Source of the DNA: an uncultured Ruminococcus sp. | Lineage (GTDB): Bacteria > Bacillota > Clostridia > Oscillospirales > CAG-272 | Direction: 5' to 3' | DNA length: 64,000 nt | Assembly: GCA_964630695.1 (NCBI GenBank) | Contig: CAZVYZ010000004.1 | Coordinates: 2,787-66,786, forward strand | In this document: one piece after another, positions 18,565 to 28,607 of the stretch | How positions within the stretch are numbered: the stretch's first letter is position 1 | Layout of the letters: the number at the start of each line of letters is the position of its first letter | Notes under the pieces: model-generated | Told to the model about the DNA's origin: nothing | Database searches by the model: none | The model's input: only the letters and a program-made list of their open reading frames with translations | Position numbers and translations under genes: made by a program

Positions 18565-19437
18565 ATGGAACTCAATCAAAATACCCGAATTCTCATTGTC
18601 GGTCTTGGCGTCATCGGGGGCGGTTACGCCAAAGCGCTGACCAAGCAGGGGTATCACGTCACCTGCATTACAAAAGAACAAAAAGACATTGACTATGCGG
18701 AAGCGCACGGCATTATCCGCTCCGGCTACACTGAGCCGCGCCCCGAAATTCTTGCGGCGGCGGACCTCGTGGTATTGGCGCTTTATCCGCATATCGCCAT
18801 TGAATGGATGAAACAGAACCAACGGTACCTGCGCGCCGGAACGCTTGTGACCGACGTGACCGGTGTGAAATCGCGTTTTCTCGCCCAAATGGAGGACGTT
18901 CTGCGCCCCGATATTGAATTCGTCGCCGCGCATCCGATGGCAGGGCGGGAATCCAGCGGTGTGGAGTACAGCAACGACGAGGTGTTCCACGGCGCGAACT
19001 ACATTGTGGTGCCGACAGAGCGGAATACGCCCGAGGGCATCGCAACCTGCCGCAGACTCGGGGAAATCCTCGGCTTCGGCAGAATCACCGAACTGGATGC
19101 CGGCGCGCATGACCGTATGATTGCATTTCTTTCTCAGTTGACCCACTGCATTGCCGTAGCGCTGATGGACTGCAACACCGAAGAGGGCTTGGAAAACTAC
19201 ACGGGGGATTCTTTCCGAGACCTGACGCGAATCGCAAAAATCAACGACGAGATGTGGAGCGAACTGTTCTTATGGAACCGCGAAGCCCTGCTGGAACAGA
19301 TGGACCGATTTGAAGAAACCCTGAACCGCTTCCGCGGATTTCTGGAGAACGGCGACCGGGAGGGTATGCGCGACATGATGCGAATCTCGACCCGCCGCCG
19401 TGCGCTGTTTGATAAACGAAAGGAAAAACCATTATGA
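18565..19437 (+). CDS. tyrA: Prephenate dehydrogenase
   Basis: The Rossmann motif IVGLGVIGGG and HPMAG are present. Confidence 0.85.
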   Translation: MELNQNTRILIVGLGVIGGGYAKALTKQGYHVTCITKEQKDIDYAEAHGIIRSGYTEPRPEILAAADLVVLALYPHIAIEWMKQNQRYLRAGTLVTDVTGVKSRFLAQMEDVLRPDIEFVAAHPMAGRESSGVEYSNDEVFHGANYIVVPTERNTPEGIATCRRLGEILGFGRITELDAGAHDRMIAFLSQLTHCIAVALMDCNTEEGLENYTGDSFRDLTRIAKINDEMWSELFLWNREALLEQMDRFEETLNRFRGFLENGDREGMRDMMRISTRRRALFDKRKEKPL

Positions 19438-20468
19438 ATATGCACTTTTACCGCAAACTCCCGATTCCGAAAGAAATCAAGGAGCAATACCCCGTAACGC
19501 CGGAGATGACCGCCACGCGAGACAACTGGGTCGAACAGATTAAAGCGATTCTGGACGGCAGAGATGACAGGCTTCTGCTTGTCATCGGTCCCTGCTCGGC
19601 GGACGCAGAGGATACGGTCCTGCGCTATATCTACCGTTTGCGCGAGGTACAGGACCGTGTATCCGACCGCATTCTGATTGTTCCGCGCATTTACACCAAC
19701 AAACCCCGTACCACGGGTGACGGTTACAAGGGAATGCTACATCAGCCCGACCCCGAATCCGAGCCGGACCTGCTCCGCGGCTTGGTTGCCATCCGCAAAC
19801 TCCATATGCGTGCGATTGCGGAAACCGGCTTTGGCTGTGCGGACGAGATGCTGTACCCCGAGAATCACCGCTATCTTTCGGACCTGCTGGCTTATGTCGC
19901 GGTCGGGGCACGGTCGGTGGAGGACCAACAGCACCGCATGACCGCAAGCGGGCTGGACATCCCCGTCGGTATGAAGAACCCGACAGGAGGAGACATCACC
20001 GTGATGATGAACTCCATCACCGCGGCTCAGCATTCGCACATATTCCTCTACCGCGGATGGGAAGTCCGGAGCGAGGGGAACCCTTACGCGCATGCGATTC
20101 TGCGTGGTTATGTCAACAAACACGGGCAGTCGCTTCCGAACTATCATTATGAGGACCTGATTCATCTGGCGCAGTCCTACGAGGAAAGCGGACTTTCCAA
20201 TCCTGCGGTCGTGGTGGATACCAATCACGCGAACTCCGGCAAACAGTATCTCGAGCAGCCGCGGATTGCCAAAGAGATTCTGCATTCCCGCCGCTGTTCA
20301 AACGAGGTCCGCAGACTGGTCAAGGGGCTGATGATTGAAAGTTATCTGGAAGACGGTGCGCAGAAAATCGGCGCGGACGGATGCGTCCCGGGGAAGTCCA
20401 TCACTGACCCCTGTCTCGGTTGGGAAAAGACCGAACGGCTGATTTCCGAACTCGCGGAGCAGTGCTGA
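19434..20468 (+). CDS. aroF: 3-deoxy-7-phosphoheptulonate (DAHP) synthase, class I
   Basis: IGPCS, KPRTT.GYKG and DTNHANS motifs are present. The isozyme name is arbitrary. Confidence 0.85.
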   Translation: MNMHFYRKLPIPKEIKEQYPVTPEMTATRDNWVEQIKAILDGRDDRLLLVIGPCSADAEDTVLRYIYRLREVQDRVSDRILIVPRIYTNKPRTTGDGYKGMLHQPDPESEPDLLRGLVAIRKLHMRAIAETGFGCADEMLYPENHRYLSDLLAYVAVGARSVEDQQHRMTASGLDIPVGMKNPTGGDITVMMNSITAAQHSHIFLYRGWEVRSEGNPYAHAILRGYVNKHGQSLPNYHYEDLIHLAQSYEESGLSNPAVVVDTNHANSGKQYLEQPRIAKEILHSRRCSNEVRRLVKGLMIESYLEDGAQKIGADGCVPGKSITDPCLGWEKTERLISELAEQC

Positions 20469-20500
20469 CAGAGAAATGCCCGAAAAAATTTCCTCTCATG

Positions 20501-20552
20501 GCAACTATATGTTGTAAATACCACTTGACAAAAACACAAGATGTGGTATAAT
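20501..20552 (+). promoter_or_regulatory. nrdD promoter with two candidate NrdR boxes
   Basis: TTGACA (20525..20530), a 16-nt spacer and TATAAT (20547..20552). Imperfect palindromes CAACTATATGTTG (20502..20514) and CACAAGATGTG (20535..20545) have centres 32 bp apart. Confidence 0.4.
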
Positions 20553-20659
20553 AATATCGCTGTCTCTCAAAAGCGGCACAAGATACGGAGAGCAATCGCG
20601 CAAATCCCGATGTTTTGCGTGTTCCGATAACACAGTCGATACTATTAAAGGAGGAAAAC

Positions 20660-22834
20660 ATGAAAGTCATCAAGAGAAACGGGTCCGAAGTCGCATTTGA
20701 CATTTCCAAAATCATTACCGCAATCACCAAAGCAAACGACGCGGTGGACGACTCCGAGCGCATGACCCCCATGCAGATTCGTCGGATTGCCGAGGCGGTC
20801 GAACTGAACTGCATCCGCATGAACCGCGCCCCCGGGGTGGAGGAAATACAGGACCTTGTGGAAAAACAGATTATGGCGCACGGCGCATATGAAGTCGCAA
20901 AGGTCTACATTACCTATCGGTATACCAGAAACCTCGTCCGTCGTTCCAATACCACCGACGATCGGATTCTGAGCCTGATTGAATGCTGCAACGAGGAAGC
21001 CAAACAGGAAAACGCCAATAAGAACCCGACCGTCAACAGCGTTCAGCGGGACTATATGGCGGGCGAGGTCAGCCGCGACCTGACCGAGCGGTTGCTTTTG
21101 CCGCAGGATATTGTGGACGCACACCGCGAGGGAATCATCCATTTCCATGACGCGGACTACTATGCCCAACATATGCACAACTGCGATTTGGTCAATCTGG
21201 AGGATATGCTCCAGAACGGAACCGTAATCTCGGGAACCATGATTGAGCGCCCGCACAGTTTTTCCACTGCCTGCAATATCGCAACGCAGATTATCGCGCA
21301 GGTTGCGAGCAACCAGTACGGCGGGCAGAGCATTTCGCTGACGCATCTGGCACCGTTCGTGCAGGTCAGCCGCGAGAAGATTGCGAAGAATCTGCGCGAA
21401 GAACTGAATGATGCAGGCACGGAAATTTCGGAAGAAAAATTTCATAAGATGGTGGAGAGCCGCCTGCGCGAGGAAATCCGCCGCGGCGTGCAGACCATCC
21501 AGTATCAGGTTGTCACGCTTCTGACCACAAACGGACAGGCTCCCTTTGTTACGGTCTTTATGTACCTCGGAGAGGCAAAGGACGAGCAGGAGAAGCACGA
21601 CCTTGCCATTATCATCGAAGAAACTCTGCTTCAGCGCTATCAGGGCGTGAAAAACGAAGAGGGTGTGTATGTCACACCCGCGTTTCCGAAACTGATTTAC
21701 GTTCTGGAGGAGCAGAACATCCACGAGGATTCGCCGTACTACTACCTGACCAAACTGGCAGCAAAATGCACGGCAAAGCGGATGGTTCCGGACTACATCT
21801 CCGAAAAGAAAATGCTGGAACTGAAAGTGGACAAGAACGGACAGGGACACTGCTACACCTGCATGGGATGCCGCAGTTTCCTGACGCCGTATGTCGACGA
21901 AAACGGCAAGCCGAAGTATTACGGACGCTTCAATCAGGGCGTTGTGACCCTGAATCTGGTGGATGTTGCGCTGTCGTCGGGCGGGAATATCGAGAAATTC
22001 TGGAAGATTTTTGACGAAAGACTGGAACTTTGCCACAAGGCGCTGATGTGCCGCCATGAAAGACTGAAAGGGACCCTTTCGGACGCGGCGCCGATTCTGT
22101 GGCAGTACGGCGCGTTGGCAAGACTGAAGAAAGGTGAACCGATTGACAAACTGCTTTACGGCGGGTATTCCACCATTTCCCTTGGCTACGCGGGACTTTA
22201 CGAGTGCGTAAAATACATGACCGGCAAGAGCCACACCGACCCGAGTGCAACGCCGTTCGCTCTGGAGGTCATGAAGTACATGAACGCCGCCTGCAAGAGA
22301 TGGAAGGAAGCACACAACATCGATTTCAGTCTCTACGGAACGCCGCTCGAATCCACGACCTACAAATTTGCGAAGTGCCTCCAGAAGCGGTTCGGCATCG
22401 TCCCCGGTATCACCGACAAGGGATATATCACCAACAGTTACCACATTCACGTCACCGAGCAGATTGACGCGTTCTCCAAGCTCGCATTTGAAGCGCAGTT
22501 CCAGGCGCTGTCCCCGGGAGGCGCCATCAGTTATGTTGAAGTCCCGAATATGCAGCAGAACCTTGAGGCGGTGTTGCAGGTCATGAAATTCATTTACGAC
22601 CACATTATGTACGCCGAACTGAACACCAAATCCGACTACTGTCAGGTCTGCGGCTACGACGGAGAGATTAACATCGTCGAAGAGGACGGAAAATTGATTT
22701 GGAAATGCCCGAAGTGCGGAAACACCGACCAGAGCAAGATGAATGTGGCAAGACGGACCTGCGGATATATCGGAACACAGTTCTGGAATCAGGGCAGAAC
22801 GCAGGAAATCAAAGAGCGGGTGCTTCATCTGTAA
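20660..22834 (+). CDS. nrdD: Anaerobic ribonucleoside-triphosphate reductase
   Basis: An N-terminal ATP-cone (VIKRNGSEVAFD) and a C-terminal Zn/Cys cluster CQVCGY...CPKCG are followed by the glycyl-radical tail RTCGYIG. The ATG follows an AAGGAGG ribosome-binding site. Confidence 0.92.
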   Translation: MKVIKRNGSEVAFDISKIITAITKANDAVDDSERMTPMQIRRIAEAVELNCIRMNRAPGVEEIQDLVEKQIMAHGAYEVAKVYITYRYTRNLVRRSNTTDDRILSLIECCNEEAKQENANKNPTVNSVQRDYMAGEVSRDLTERLLLPQDIVDAHREGIIHFHDADYYAQHMHNCDLVNLEDMLQNGTVISGTMIERPHSFSTACNIATQIIAQVASNQYGGQSISLTHLAPFVQVSREKIAKNLREELNDAGTEISEEKFHKMVESRLREEIRRGVQTIQYQVVTLLTTNGQAPFVTVFMYLGEAKDEQEKHDLAIIIEETLLQRYQGVKNEEGVYVTPAFPKLIYVLEEQNIHEDSPYYYLTKLAAKCTAKRMVPDYISEKKMLELKVDKNGQGHCYTCMGCRSFLTPYVDENGKPKYYGRFNQGVVTLNLVDVALSSGGNIEKFWKIFDERLELCHKALMCRHERLKGTLSDAAPILWQYGALARLKKGEPIDKLLYGGYSTISLGYAGLYECVKYMTGKSHTDPSATPFALEVMKYMNAACKRWKEAHNIDFSLYGTPLESTTYKFAKCLQKRFGIVPGITDKGYITNSYHIHVTEQIDAFSKLAFEAQFQALSPGGAISYVEVPNMQQNLEAVLQVMKFIYDHIMYAELNTKSDYCQVCGYDGEINIVEEDGKLIWKCPKCGNTDQSKMNVARRTCGYIGTQFWNQGRTQEIKERVLHL

Positions 22835-22835
22835 T

Positions 22836-23360
22836 ATGAATTACTGCGAAATCAAGAAATGCGACATCGCGAACGGAATCGGCGTGCGGACCACGCTGTT
22901 CGTCTCGGGATGCACCAACCATTGCGAGGAATGCTTTCAGCCCCAGACGTGGGATTTCGGCTACGGAAAGCCTTTTACGGAAAAGATCGAGGATGAGATT
23001 ATCGACTCCTGTAAGCCGTACTATGTAAACGGTCTGACCCTGCTCGGCGGGGAGCCGTTCGAGCCATCCAATCAGCGCGCGTTGGTTCCGTTCCTGCACC
23101 GCTTCCGCGAGGCGTGTCCCGACAAAACGGTCTGGGCGTTCAGCGGATTCACGCTGGACAAAGAGTTGCTCACGGACGGGTCCCACCCGAGATGCGAAGT
23201 CACCGACGAAATGCTCTCGCTGATTGACGTATTGGTGGACGGGCGGTTTGTCAAATCGCTCAAGGATATCTCCCTGCGGTTTCGCGGGTCCTCCAACCAA
23301 CGCGTGATCGACCTGAACAAAACAAGAGAAGCGGGAAGCATCGTTTTGTGGAACGACTGA
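22836..23360 (+). CDS. nrdG: Anaerobic RNR activating protein (radical SAM)
   Basis: The CTNHCEEC radical-SAM cluster motif is present, and the gene starts immediately after nrdD. Confidence 0.9.
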   Translation: MNYCEIKKCDIANGIGVRTTLFVSGCTNHCEECFQPQTWDFGYGKPFTEKIEDEIIDSCKPYYVNGLTLLGGEPFEPSNQRALVPFLHRFREACPDKTVWAFSGFTLDKELLTDGSHPRCEVTDEMLSLIDVLVDGRFVKSLKDISLRFRGSSNQRVIDLNKTREAGSIVLWND

Positions 23361-23380
23361 CGCGGAAAATAGGAAAAAAA

Positions 23381-23443
23381 GCCCCCGAACGGCATGGAAA
23401 TGCCGCTCGGGGGCTTGACCTTTTCCGACAAATATGATATAAT
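23381..23443 (+). terminator. nrdDG terminator hairpin, directly followed by the proB promoter
   Basis: Stem GCCCCCGA (23381..23388) pairs with TCGGGGGC (23407..23414). TTGACC (23415..23420), a 17-nt spacer and TATAAT (23438..23443) follow. Confidence 0.6.
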
Positions 23444-23482
23444 ATAAAGTGGAAAATCAGATAGAAACAAAGGATAATCACT

Positions 23483-24268
23483 ATGAAACTGGTTGTAAAA
23501 ATCGGGACGTCGACCCTGACTCACAGTTCCGGATGCCTCAACATCCGCAGAATCGAAGCGTTCGTCAAAGTTCTGTCGGACATTGCCAATGCGGGAAACG
23601 AAGTCATTCTGGTCTCCTCCGGCGCAATCGCGATGGGAGTCGGGAAACTCAACCTCGGAGAACGACCGCGCGACATTGCCGGCAAGCAGGCGGCGGCAGC
23701 GGTCGGGCAGTGCGAACTGATGTATACCTACGATAAACTGTTCGCAGAATATAACCGTACCGTGGCACAGATTCTTCTGACCGCGGACGACCTGAAAATT
23801 CCCGAGCGGCACAGCAAATTTGAAAATACGATGGAGCAGTTGCTGGCATGGCACGTCCTGCCGATCATCAACGAAAACGACACGGTTTCCACCGATGAAA
23901 TCCGCATCGGAGATAACGACACGCTGGGCGCAATCGTTGCGGCAAGCGTTGGGGCGGACCTTTTGATTCTGATGTCGGACATCGACGGGCTTTACGATTG
24001 CGATCCGCACAAGGACGCAAATGCGCACCTGATCCCCGAGGTACGGGAACTGACCGACGATATTCTGGCGCTCGGCGGCGGTGCAGGCAGTGCGAGAGGG
24101 ACCGGCGGCATGGTGACCAAACTCCGCGCCGCGCAGATTGTAACCGAAGCGGGTTGCGACATGGTGATTGTGAACGGGGAGAATCCAGACCTGCTCTATC
24201 GCGTCATGGACGGCGAACGGGTCGGAACCCGATTCTTTGCGGGGGAGAAAACGAATGGAAACAAGTGA
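23483..24268 (+). CDS. proB: Glutamate 5-kinase (short form, no PUA domain)
   Basis: The protein begins [10 protein letters not shown] and contains SSGAIA and GDNDTL motifs. It is 261 aa long. Confidence 0.9.
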   Translation: MKLVVKIGTSTLTHSSGCLNIRRIEAFVKVLSDIANAGNEVILVSSGAIAMGVGKLNLGERPRDIAGKQAAAAVGQCELMYTYDKLFAEYNRTVAQILLTADDLKIPERHSKFENTMEQLLAWHVLPIINENDTVSTDEIRIGDNDTLGAIVAASVGADLLILMSDIDGLYDCDPHKDANAHLIPEVRELTDDILALGGGAGSARGTGGMVTKLRAAQIVTEAGCDMVIVNGENPDLLYRVMDGERVGTRFFAGEKTNGNK

Positions 24269-25511
24269 AATACTGCGGCGGGCGAAAGCGACGGTTCCGG
24301 TCCTGCGGGAGTTTGGCTCCGCAGACCTGGACCGCGCGCTCCTTGCTATGGCGGATGCGCTGGAGGCGGGCGCGGACGGAATTCTGGAAGCCAATGCCGC
24401 GGACATGGAAGCGGCAACAGGGAGCATCGGCGAGGTGATGCTGGACAGGCTTCGCCTCACGCGGGAGCGCGTAGGCGCAATGGCGGAGGGCATCCGCAGT
24501 GTTGCGGCACTGCCGTCTCCCGTTGGTCGGGTGCTGGAGCGGACGGTCCGTCCGAACGGACTGGAAATTGAGAAAATCGCAGTTTCAATGGGCGTACTGG
24601 CAATCATTTACGAGAGCCGACCGAACGTAACCTCTGATGCGGCGGCGCTTGCAGTCAAAAGCGGAAACGTCTGCATTCTGCGCGGCGGAAAGGAAGCCTA
24701 CCGCTCCGCAAAGGCAATCAGCGTTGCGTTGCGGGCGGGCTTGGAGCGTGCGGGACTGCCGATGGACGCGGTCCAACTGGTGGATGACACATCGCGGCAG
24801 AGCGCAAAGGAACTGATGCAGGCAACCGGTTATGTGGACCTGCTGATTCCGCGTGGCGGGGCGGGATTGATTCGCGCCTGTGTGGAAAACGCAACGGTCC
24901 CGACTTTGGAAACGGGAACAGGCATCTGCCATGTCTATGTGGACCGGGATGCGGACCTCGGAAAAGCACTTGCAATCGTGGAGAATGCCAAAACGAGCCG
25001 CCCCTCTGTCTGCAATGCAGAGGAGGTTCTGCTCGTCCACCGCGACGTTGCAAAGACCTTTTTGCCGATGCTGAAAAAGCGGCTGTGCGATGACCGCGCG
25101 GCAAAGGGGCTTATCCCCGTGGAATTGCGCGGAGACGCGGCAACGCAGGCAATTATTGACGTAACGCCTGCGGGTGACGCGGACTTTGATACCGAATTTC
25201 TGGATTATATTCTTGCGGTCCGCGTAGTGGATTCCGTCGGAGAGGCAGTGGCGCATATTGCCGCGCATTCCACCTCCCATAGCGAAGCAATCGTCACCGA
25301 AAACCGCAAAACCGCCGATTATTTTACCGCCAACGTGGACAGCGCGGCGGTCTACGTCAACGCGTCCACGCGCTTTACTGACGGCGGAGAGTTCGGACTC
25401 GGCTGTGAGATGGGAATTTCCACGCAAAAACTCCACGCGCGCGGTCCGCTCGGACTGAACGAACTGACGACCTACAAATACATTATCCACGGCAACGGAC
25501 AGGTCCGCTGA
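24255..25511 (+). CDS. proA: Gamma-glutamyl phosphate reductase
   Basis: The aldehyde dehydrogenase fold shows the catalytic context SVCNAEE. The protein starts at [11 protein letters not shown], overlapping the end of proB. Confidence 0.9.
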   Translation: METSEILRRAKATVPVLREFGSADLDRALLAMADALEAGADGILEANAADMEAATGSIGEVMLDRLRLTRERVGAMAEGIRSVAALPSPVGRVLERTVRPNGLEIEKIAVSMGVLAIIYESRPNVTSDAAALAVKSGNVCILRGGKEAYRSAKAISVALRAGLERAGLPMDAVQLVDDTSRQSAKELMQATGYVDLLIPRGGAGLIRACVENATVPTLETGTGICHVYVDRDADLGKALAIVENAKTSRPSVCNAEEVLLVHRDVAKTFLPMLKKRLCDDRAAKGLIPVELRGDAATQAIIDVTPAGDADFDTEFLDYILAVRVVDSVGEAVAHIAAHSTSHSEAIVTENRKTADYFTANVDSAAVYVNASTRFTDGGEFGLGCEMGISTQKLHARGPLGLNELTTYKYIIHGNGQVR

Positions 25512-25524
25512 GAAAGGAATCGGA

Positions 25525-26331
25525 ATGAAAATTGCATTTATCGGAACGGGAAACATGGGCGGTGCGCTGGCAAGAGCCGTTCGGACGGCACTCCCCGACG
25601 AGATTCTGTACCTGTCGGACCATTCGGGGGAGAAAGCCGAGGCGCTGGCAAAGGAAATCGGTGCGGAAGTGCTTGACAATGAAACCGCCGCAAAGCGGGC
25701 AGACTATCTCTTCCTCGGGGTCAAGCCGCAGATGCTCGAAAATCTGGCAAAGGAGATTGGAGCGATTACGAGCGTCAGACACAACGAACTGACACTCGTC
25801 AGCATGGCGGCAGGCGTTCCGATTGAACGGATTAACAGCCTGTTCGGAGAGAAAGTCCCCGTCATTCGGATGATGCCGAACACGCCGGTCGCAGTCGGCA
25901 AGGGTGTGGTACTGTGGTGCGCAAACGAATTGGTTCAGACCGTCCAAAAGCAGTATTTTCGCATCATGCTTGCAAAAGCAGGCATACTGAGTGAATTGCC
26001 CGAGGGGCTGATTGACGCAGGCTGTGCGCTCTCGGGATGCGGTCCCGCGTTTGTCTGTCAGTTTCTGGAGGCAATGGCGGACGGCGCGGTTGCGTGCGGT
26101 CTGCCGCGCGGGCAGGCGATGGAGTACGCAGCGTATACCATGCTTGGGACCGCCGCGCTCCTGCTGGAAACCGGAAAGCACCCCGGGGAACTCAAGGACG
26201 CGGTTTGCAGTCCCGCAGGTTCCACAATCGCAGGTGTTCGGGCGCTTGAGAACGGTGCATTCCGTGCGGACGTCATGAATGCGGTGATTGCGGCGTTTGA
26301 GAGAACCGAAGAACTCGGAAACAAGAGGTAA
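25525..26331 (+). CDS. proC: Pyrroline-5-carboxylate reductase
   Basis: IAFIGTGNMGGA is present near the N-terminus and SPAGSTIAG near the C-terminus. Confidence 0.9.
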   Translation: MKIAFIGTGNMGGALARAVRTALPDEILYLSDHSGEKAEALAKEIGAEVLDNETAAKRADYLFLGVKPQMLENLAKEIGAITSVRHNELTLVSMAAGVPIERINSLFGEKVPVIRMMPNTPVAVGKGVVLWCANELVQTVQKQYFRIMLAKAGILSELPEGLIDAGCALSGCGPAFVCQFLEAMADGAVACGLPRGQAMEYAAYTMLGTAALLLETGKHPGELKDAVCSPAGSTIAGVRALENGAFRADVMNAVIAAFERTEELGNKR

Positions 26332-26333
26332 CC

Positions 26334-27275
26334 ATGAATCTGCTGTATCTGAAATATGCCGTCGAGGTTGCCGCCTGCGGCTCCATCAGCAAGGCGGCGG
26401 AACGGCTGTATATCGACCAACCGAACCTGAGCCGTTCCATCAAGGATTTGGAAACCTCCATGGGCGCGAAACTGTTTGAGCGAAGCGCACGGGGCATGAA
26501 GACAACTCCGGACGGCGAGGAATTTCTGAAATACGCAAAGGTCATCCTGTCCGAAGTGGACGCAATGGAAAATATGTTCCGTTCGGGAAACAAGCGGAAG
26601 CAACGGTTTTCGCTGTCGGTCCCGCGGGCAAGTTATATTTCCGAAGCCTTTACGGCGTTTTCAAAACGGTTTTCGGACCTCGCGGAAGTTGAGGCGTTCT
26701 ACAAGGAAACCAACCCCATGCGGACCCTCAAAAACATTCTGGAGGACGGGTACAATCTCGGTATCATCCGCTATGCCGCGCAATATGACAGATATTACAA
26801 GGAAATGCTTGAAGAAAAGGGACTTTCCTATGAGTTAATCTGCGAATTCCGGTTTGTCCTGCTCGTCAGCCGCTCCTCGCCGCTTGCGACGAAAGAGACG
26901 ATTCAAGAAGCGGACCTTGCGGACCTGACCGAGGTGGTGTACGGCGACCCTTATGTGCCGTCCATGCCGTTGGAGGAAGTGCGGAAAGAGGCTTGGTCCG
27001 ATGTCAGCCCGCGGCGGATATTCGTATTCGAGCGGGGGAGCCGATTTGATATTCTGGCGGGGAATCCCCATACGTTCATGTGGGTTGCGCCGATTCCGCA
27101 GGCGGTTCTGGACCGTTACGGACTGGTTCAGCGCGTTTGCGCGAATCAGCGGAAAATTTATAAGGATATTCTGATTCGCAGGAAAGAATACAAACTGTCG
27201 GAACTTGACAATGCGTTCATTGCCGAACTTTGCAGAACGAAACGGGAAGTGTTCAGGGAAAGGGAGAACTTATGA
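26334..27275 (+). CDS. LysR-family transcriptional regulator
   Basis: The N-terminal helix-turn-helix region reads LKYAVEVAACGSISKAAERLYIDQPNLSRSIKDLE. The protein is 313 aa long. Confidence 0.8.
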   Translation: MNLLYLKYAVEVAACGSISKAAERLYIDQPNLSRSIKDLETSMGAKLFERSARGMKTTPDGEEFLKYAKVILSEVDAMENMFRSGNKRKQRFSLSVPRASYISEAFTAFSKRFSDLAEVEAFYKETNPMRTLKNILEDGYNLGIIRYAAQYDRYYKEMLEEKGLSYELICEFRFVLLVSRSSPLATKETIQEADLADLTEVVYGDPYVPSMPLEEVRKEAWSDVSPRRIFVFERGSRFDILAGNPHTFMWVAPIPQAVLDRYGLVQRVCANQRKIYKDILIRRKEYKLSELDNAFIAELCRTKREVFRERENL

Positions 27276-27829
27276 AATGGCTGATTGCGTCCGATATTCA
27301 CGGCTCGGCGTACTGGTGCCGGAAGTTGCTTGAGGCTTACCGCACGGAGGGCGCGGAGCGGATGCTGTTGCTCGGCGACCTGCTTTACCACGGTCCGCGG
27401 AACGATTTGCCACGCGAATACGCCCCGAAAGAAGTCATTTCCATGCTGAACGGCATGAAGAATGACATTCTGGCGGTGCGGGGCAACTGTGAAGCGGAAG
27501 TGGACCAAATGGTTCTGGAATTTCCCGTGCTTGCGGATTACGCGATTCTGGACCTCGGTCGGCGCATGGTGTTTGCCACGCACGGTCACGTCTGGAACGA
27601 GGGGCATCTGCCGCCTTTGCACGAAGGGGATATCCTCCTGCACGGGCACACGCACGTTCCGAAATGCGCGGTCCACGAGACCTTCGTCTGCATGAATCCC
27701 GGGTCGGCTTCCATCCCGAAGGAGGGGAGTCACCACGGGTACATGACGCTGGAGGACGGCGTATTCCTCTGGCGCGATTTTGACGGAACGCTCATGGACG
27801 AATACGGCGCGCCGGACGGCGACGTCTGA
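27272..27829 (+). CDS. yfcE: YfcE-type metallophosphoesterase
   Basis: SDIHG, LGDLLYHGPRN, RGNCE, THGH and GHTH motifs are present. The start overlaps the LysR stop (ATGA). Confidence 0.8.
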   Translation: MKWLIASDIHGSAYWCRKLLEAYRTEGAERMLLLGDLLYHGPRNDLPREYAPKEVISMLNGMKNDILAVRGNCEAEVDQMVLEFPVLADYAILDLGRRMVFATHGHVWNEGHLPPLHEGDILLHGHTHVPKCAVHETFVCMNPGSASIPKEGSHHGYMTLEDGVFLWRDFDGTLMDEYGAPDGDV

Positions 27830-27880
27830 ATCCGTAAACGATATATTGATATATACAATACAGATATGTGAAATCGGCAA

Positions 27881-27909
27881 TTGCAAAACGGGACGTTCTG
27901 TGATACAAT
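27881..27909 (+). promoter_or_regulatory. Promoter upstream of rex
   Basis: TTGCAA (27881..27886), a 17-nt spacer and TACAAT (27904..27909). Confidence 0.5.
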
Positions 27910-27968
27910 AAGACTGTATTACTGTGATTCCGCAAACGGGACGGAATCGCAAGAAGCAGGAGGCGGTG

Positions 27969-28607
27969 ATGGAACTTTCACGCGCGACAATCGGCAGACT
28001 GCCGATTTATCTGGACTATCTGAAGCATTTACCGACAGAAACCCAAACCATTTCCGCAACGTCGATTGCCAAGGCGCTGAATCTTGGTGACGTGCAGGTG
28101 CGAAAGGACCTTTCGGCGGTTTGCGGACTCGGCAGACCGAAAATCGGCTATGCGGTTTCGGAACTTACCCGTGCATTGGAGGCAACCATCGGGGAGCAGG
28201 CGGGTTGCGAGGCGGTCATCGTCGGCGCGGGAAAACTCGGCATGGCACTGCTCGGCTTCGGCGGTTTTTCGGAATATGGGCTGACGGTCACGCACGCATT
28301 CGACCTTTTGCCGAACGGTACGCCCGCGGTGCGTCCCGTGGACGAGTTACCGTCCTACTGCCGCCTGCATCAGGTGGAAATCGGAATCATTACGGTCCCG
28401 CCAACGGCGGCGCAGGGGGTTGCGGACCTGTTGGTCAAATGCGGCGTGCGGGCAATCTGGTGCTTTGCACCCGTTCGGCTGACCCTGCCGCAGGGAGTTA
28501 CGGTACTGTACGAAAACATGGCGCTGTCGTTGGCGCATTTACATCAGAAAGTGAAAAATCATAATAAAGGGGGATTCCGGAGTGACGAGGGAAAGAGCAA
28601 TGGTTGA
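27969..28607 (+). CDS. rex: Redox-sensing transcriptional repressor Rex
   Basis: The N-terminus RLPIYLDYL and the Rossmann motif IVGAGKLGMAL are present in a 212-aa protein. Confidence 0.88.
   Translation: MELSRATIGRLPIYLDYLKHLPTETQTISATSIAKALNLGDVQVRKDLSAVCGLGRPKIGYAVSELTRALEATIGEQAGCEAVIVGAGKLGMALLGFGGFSEYGLTVTHAFDLLPNGTPAVRPVDELPSYCRLHQVEIGIITVPPTAAQGVADLLVKCGVRAIWCFAPVRLTLPQGVTVLYENMALSLAHLHQKVKNHNKGGFRSDEGKSNG

Noticed and set aside
20645-22828. A 727-aa ORF on the minus strand.
   Set aside because: It is an antisense shadow of nrdD, with no motifs and no ribosome-binding site.
27830-27968. A Rex operator upstream of rex-adhE.
   Set aside because: Only partial matches exist: TGTGAA-N8-TTGCAA, and the direct CTGTGAT repeats at 27898 and 27922. 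None fits the TTGTGAA-N6-TTCACAA type palindrome well enough to call.
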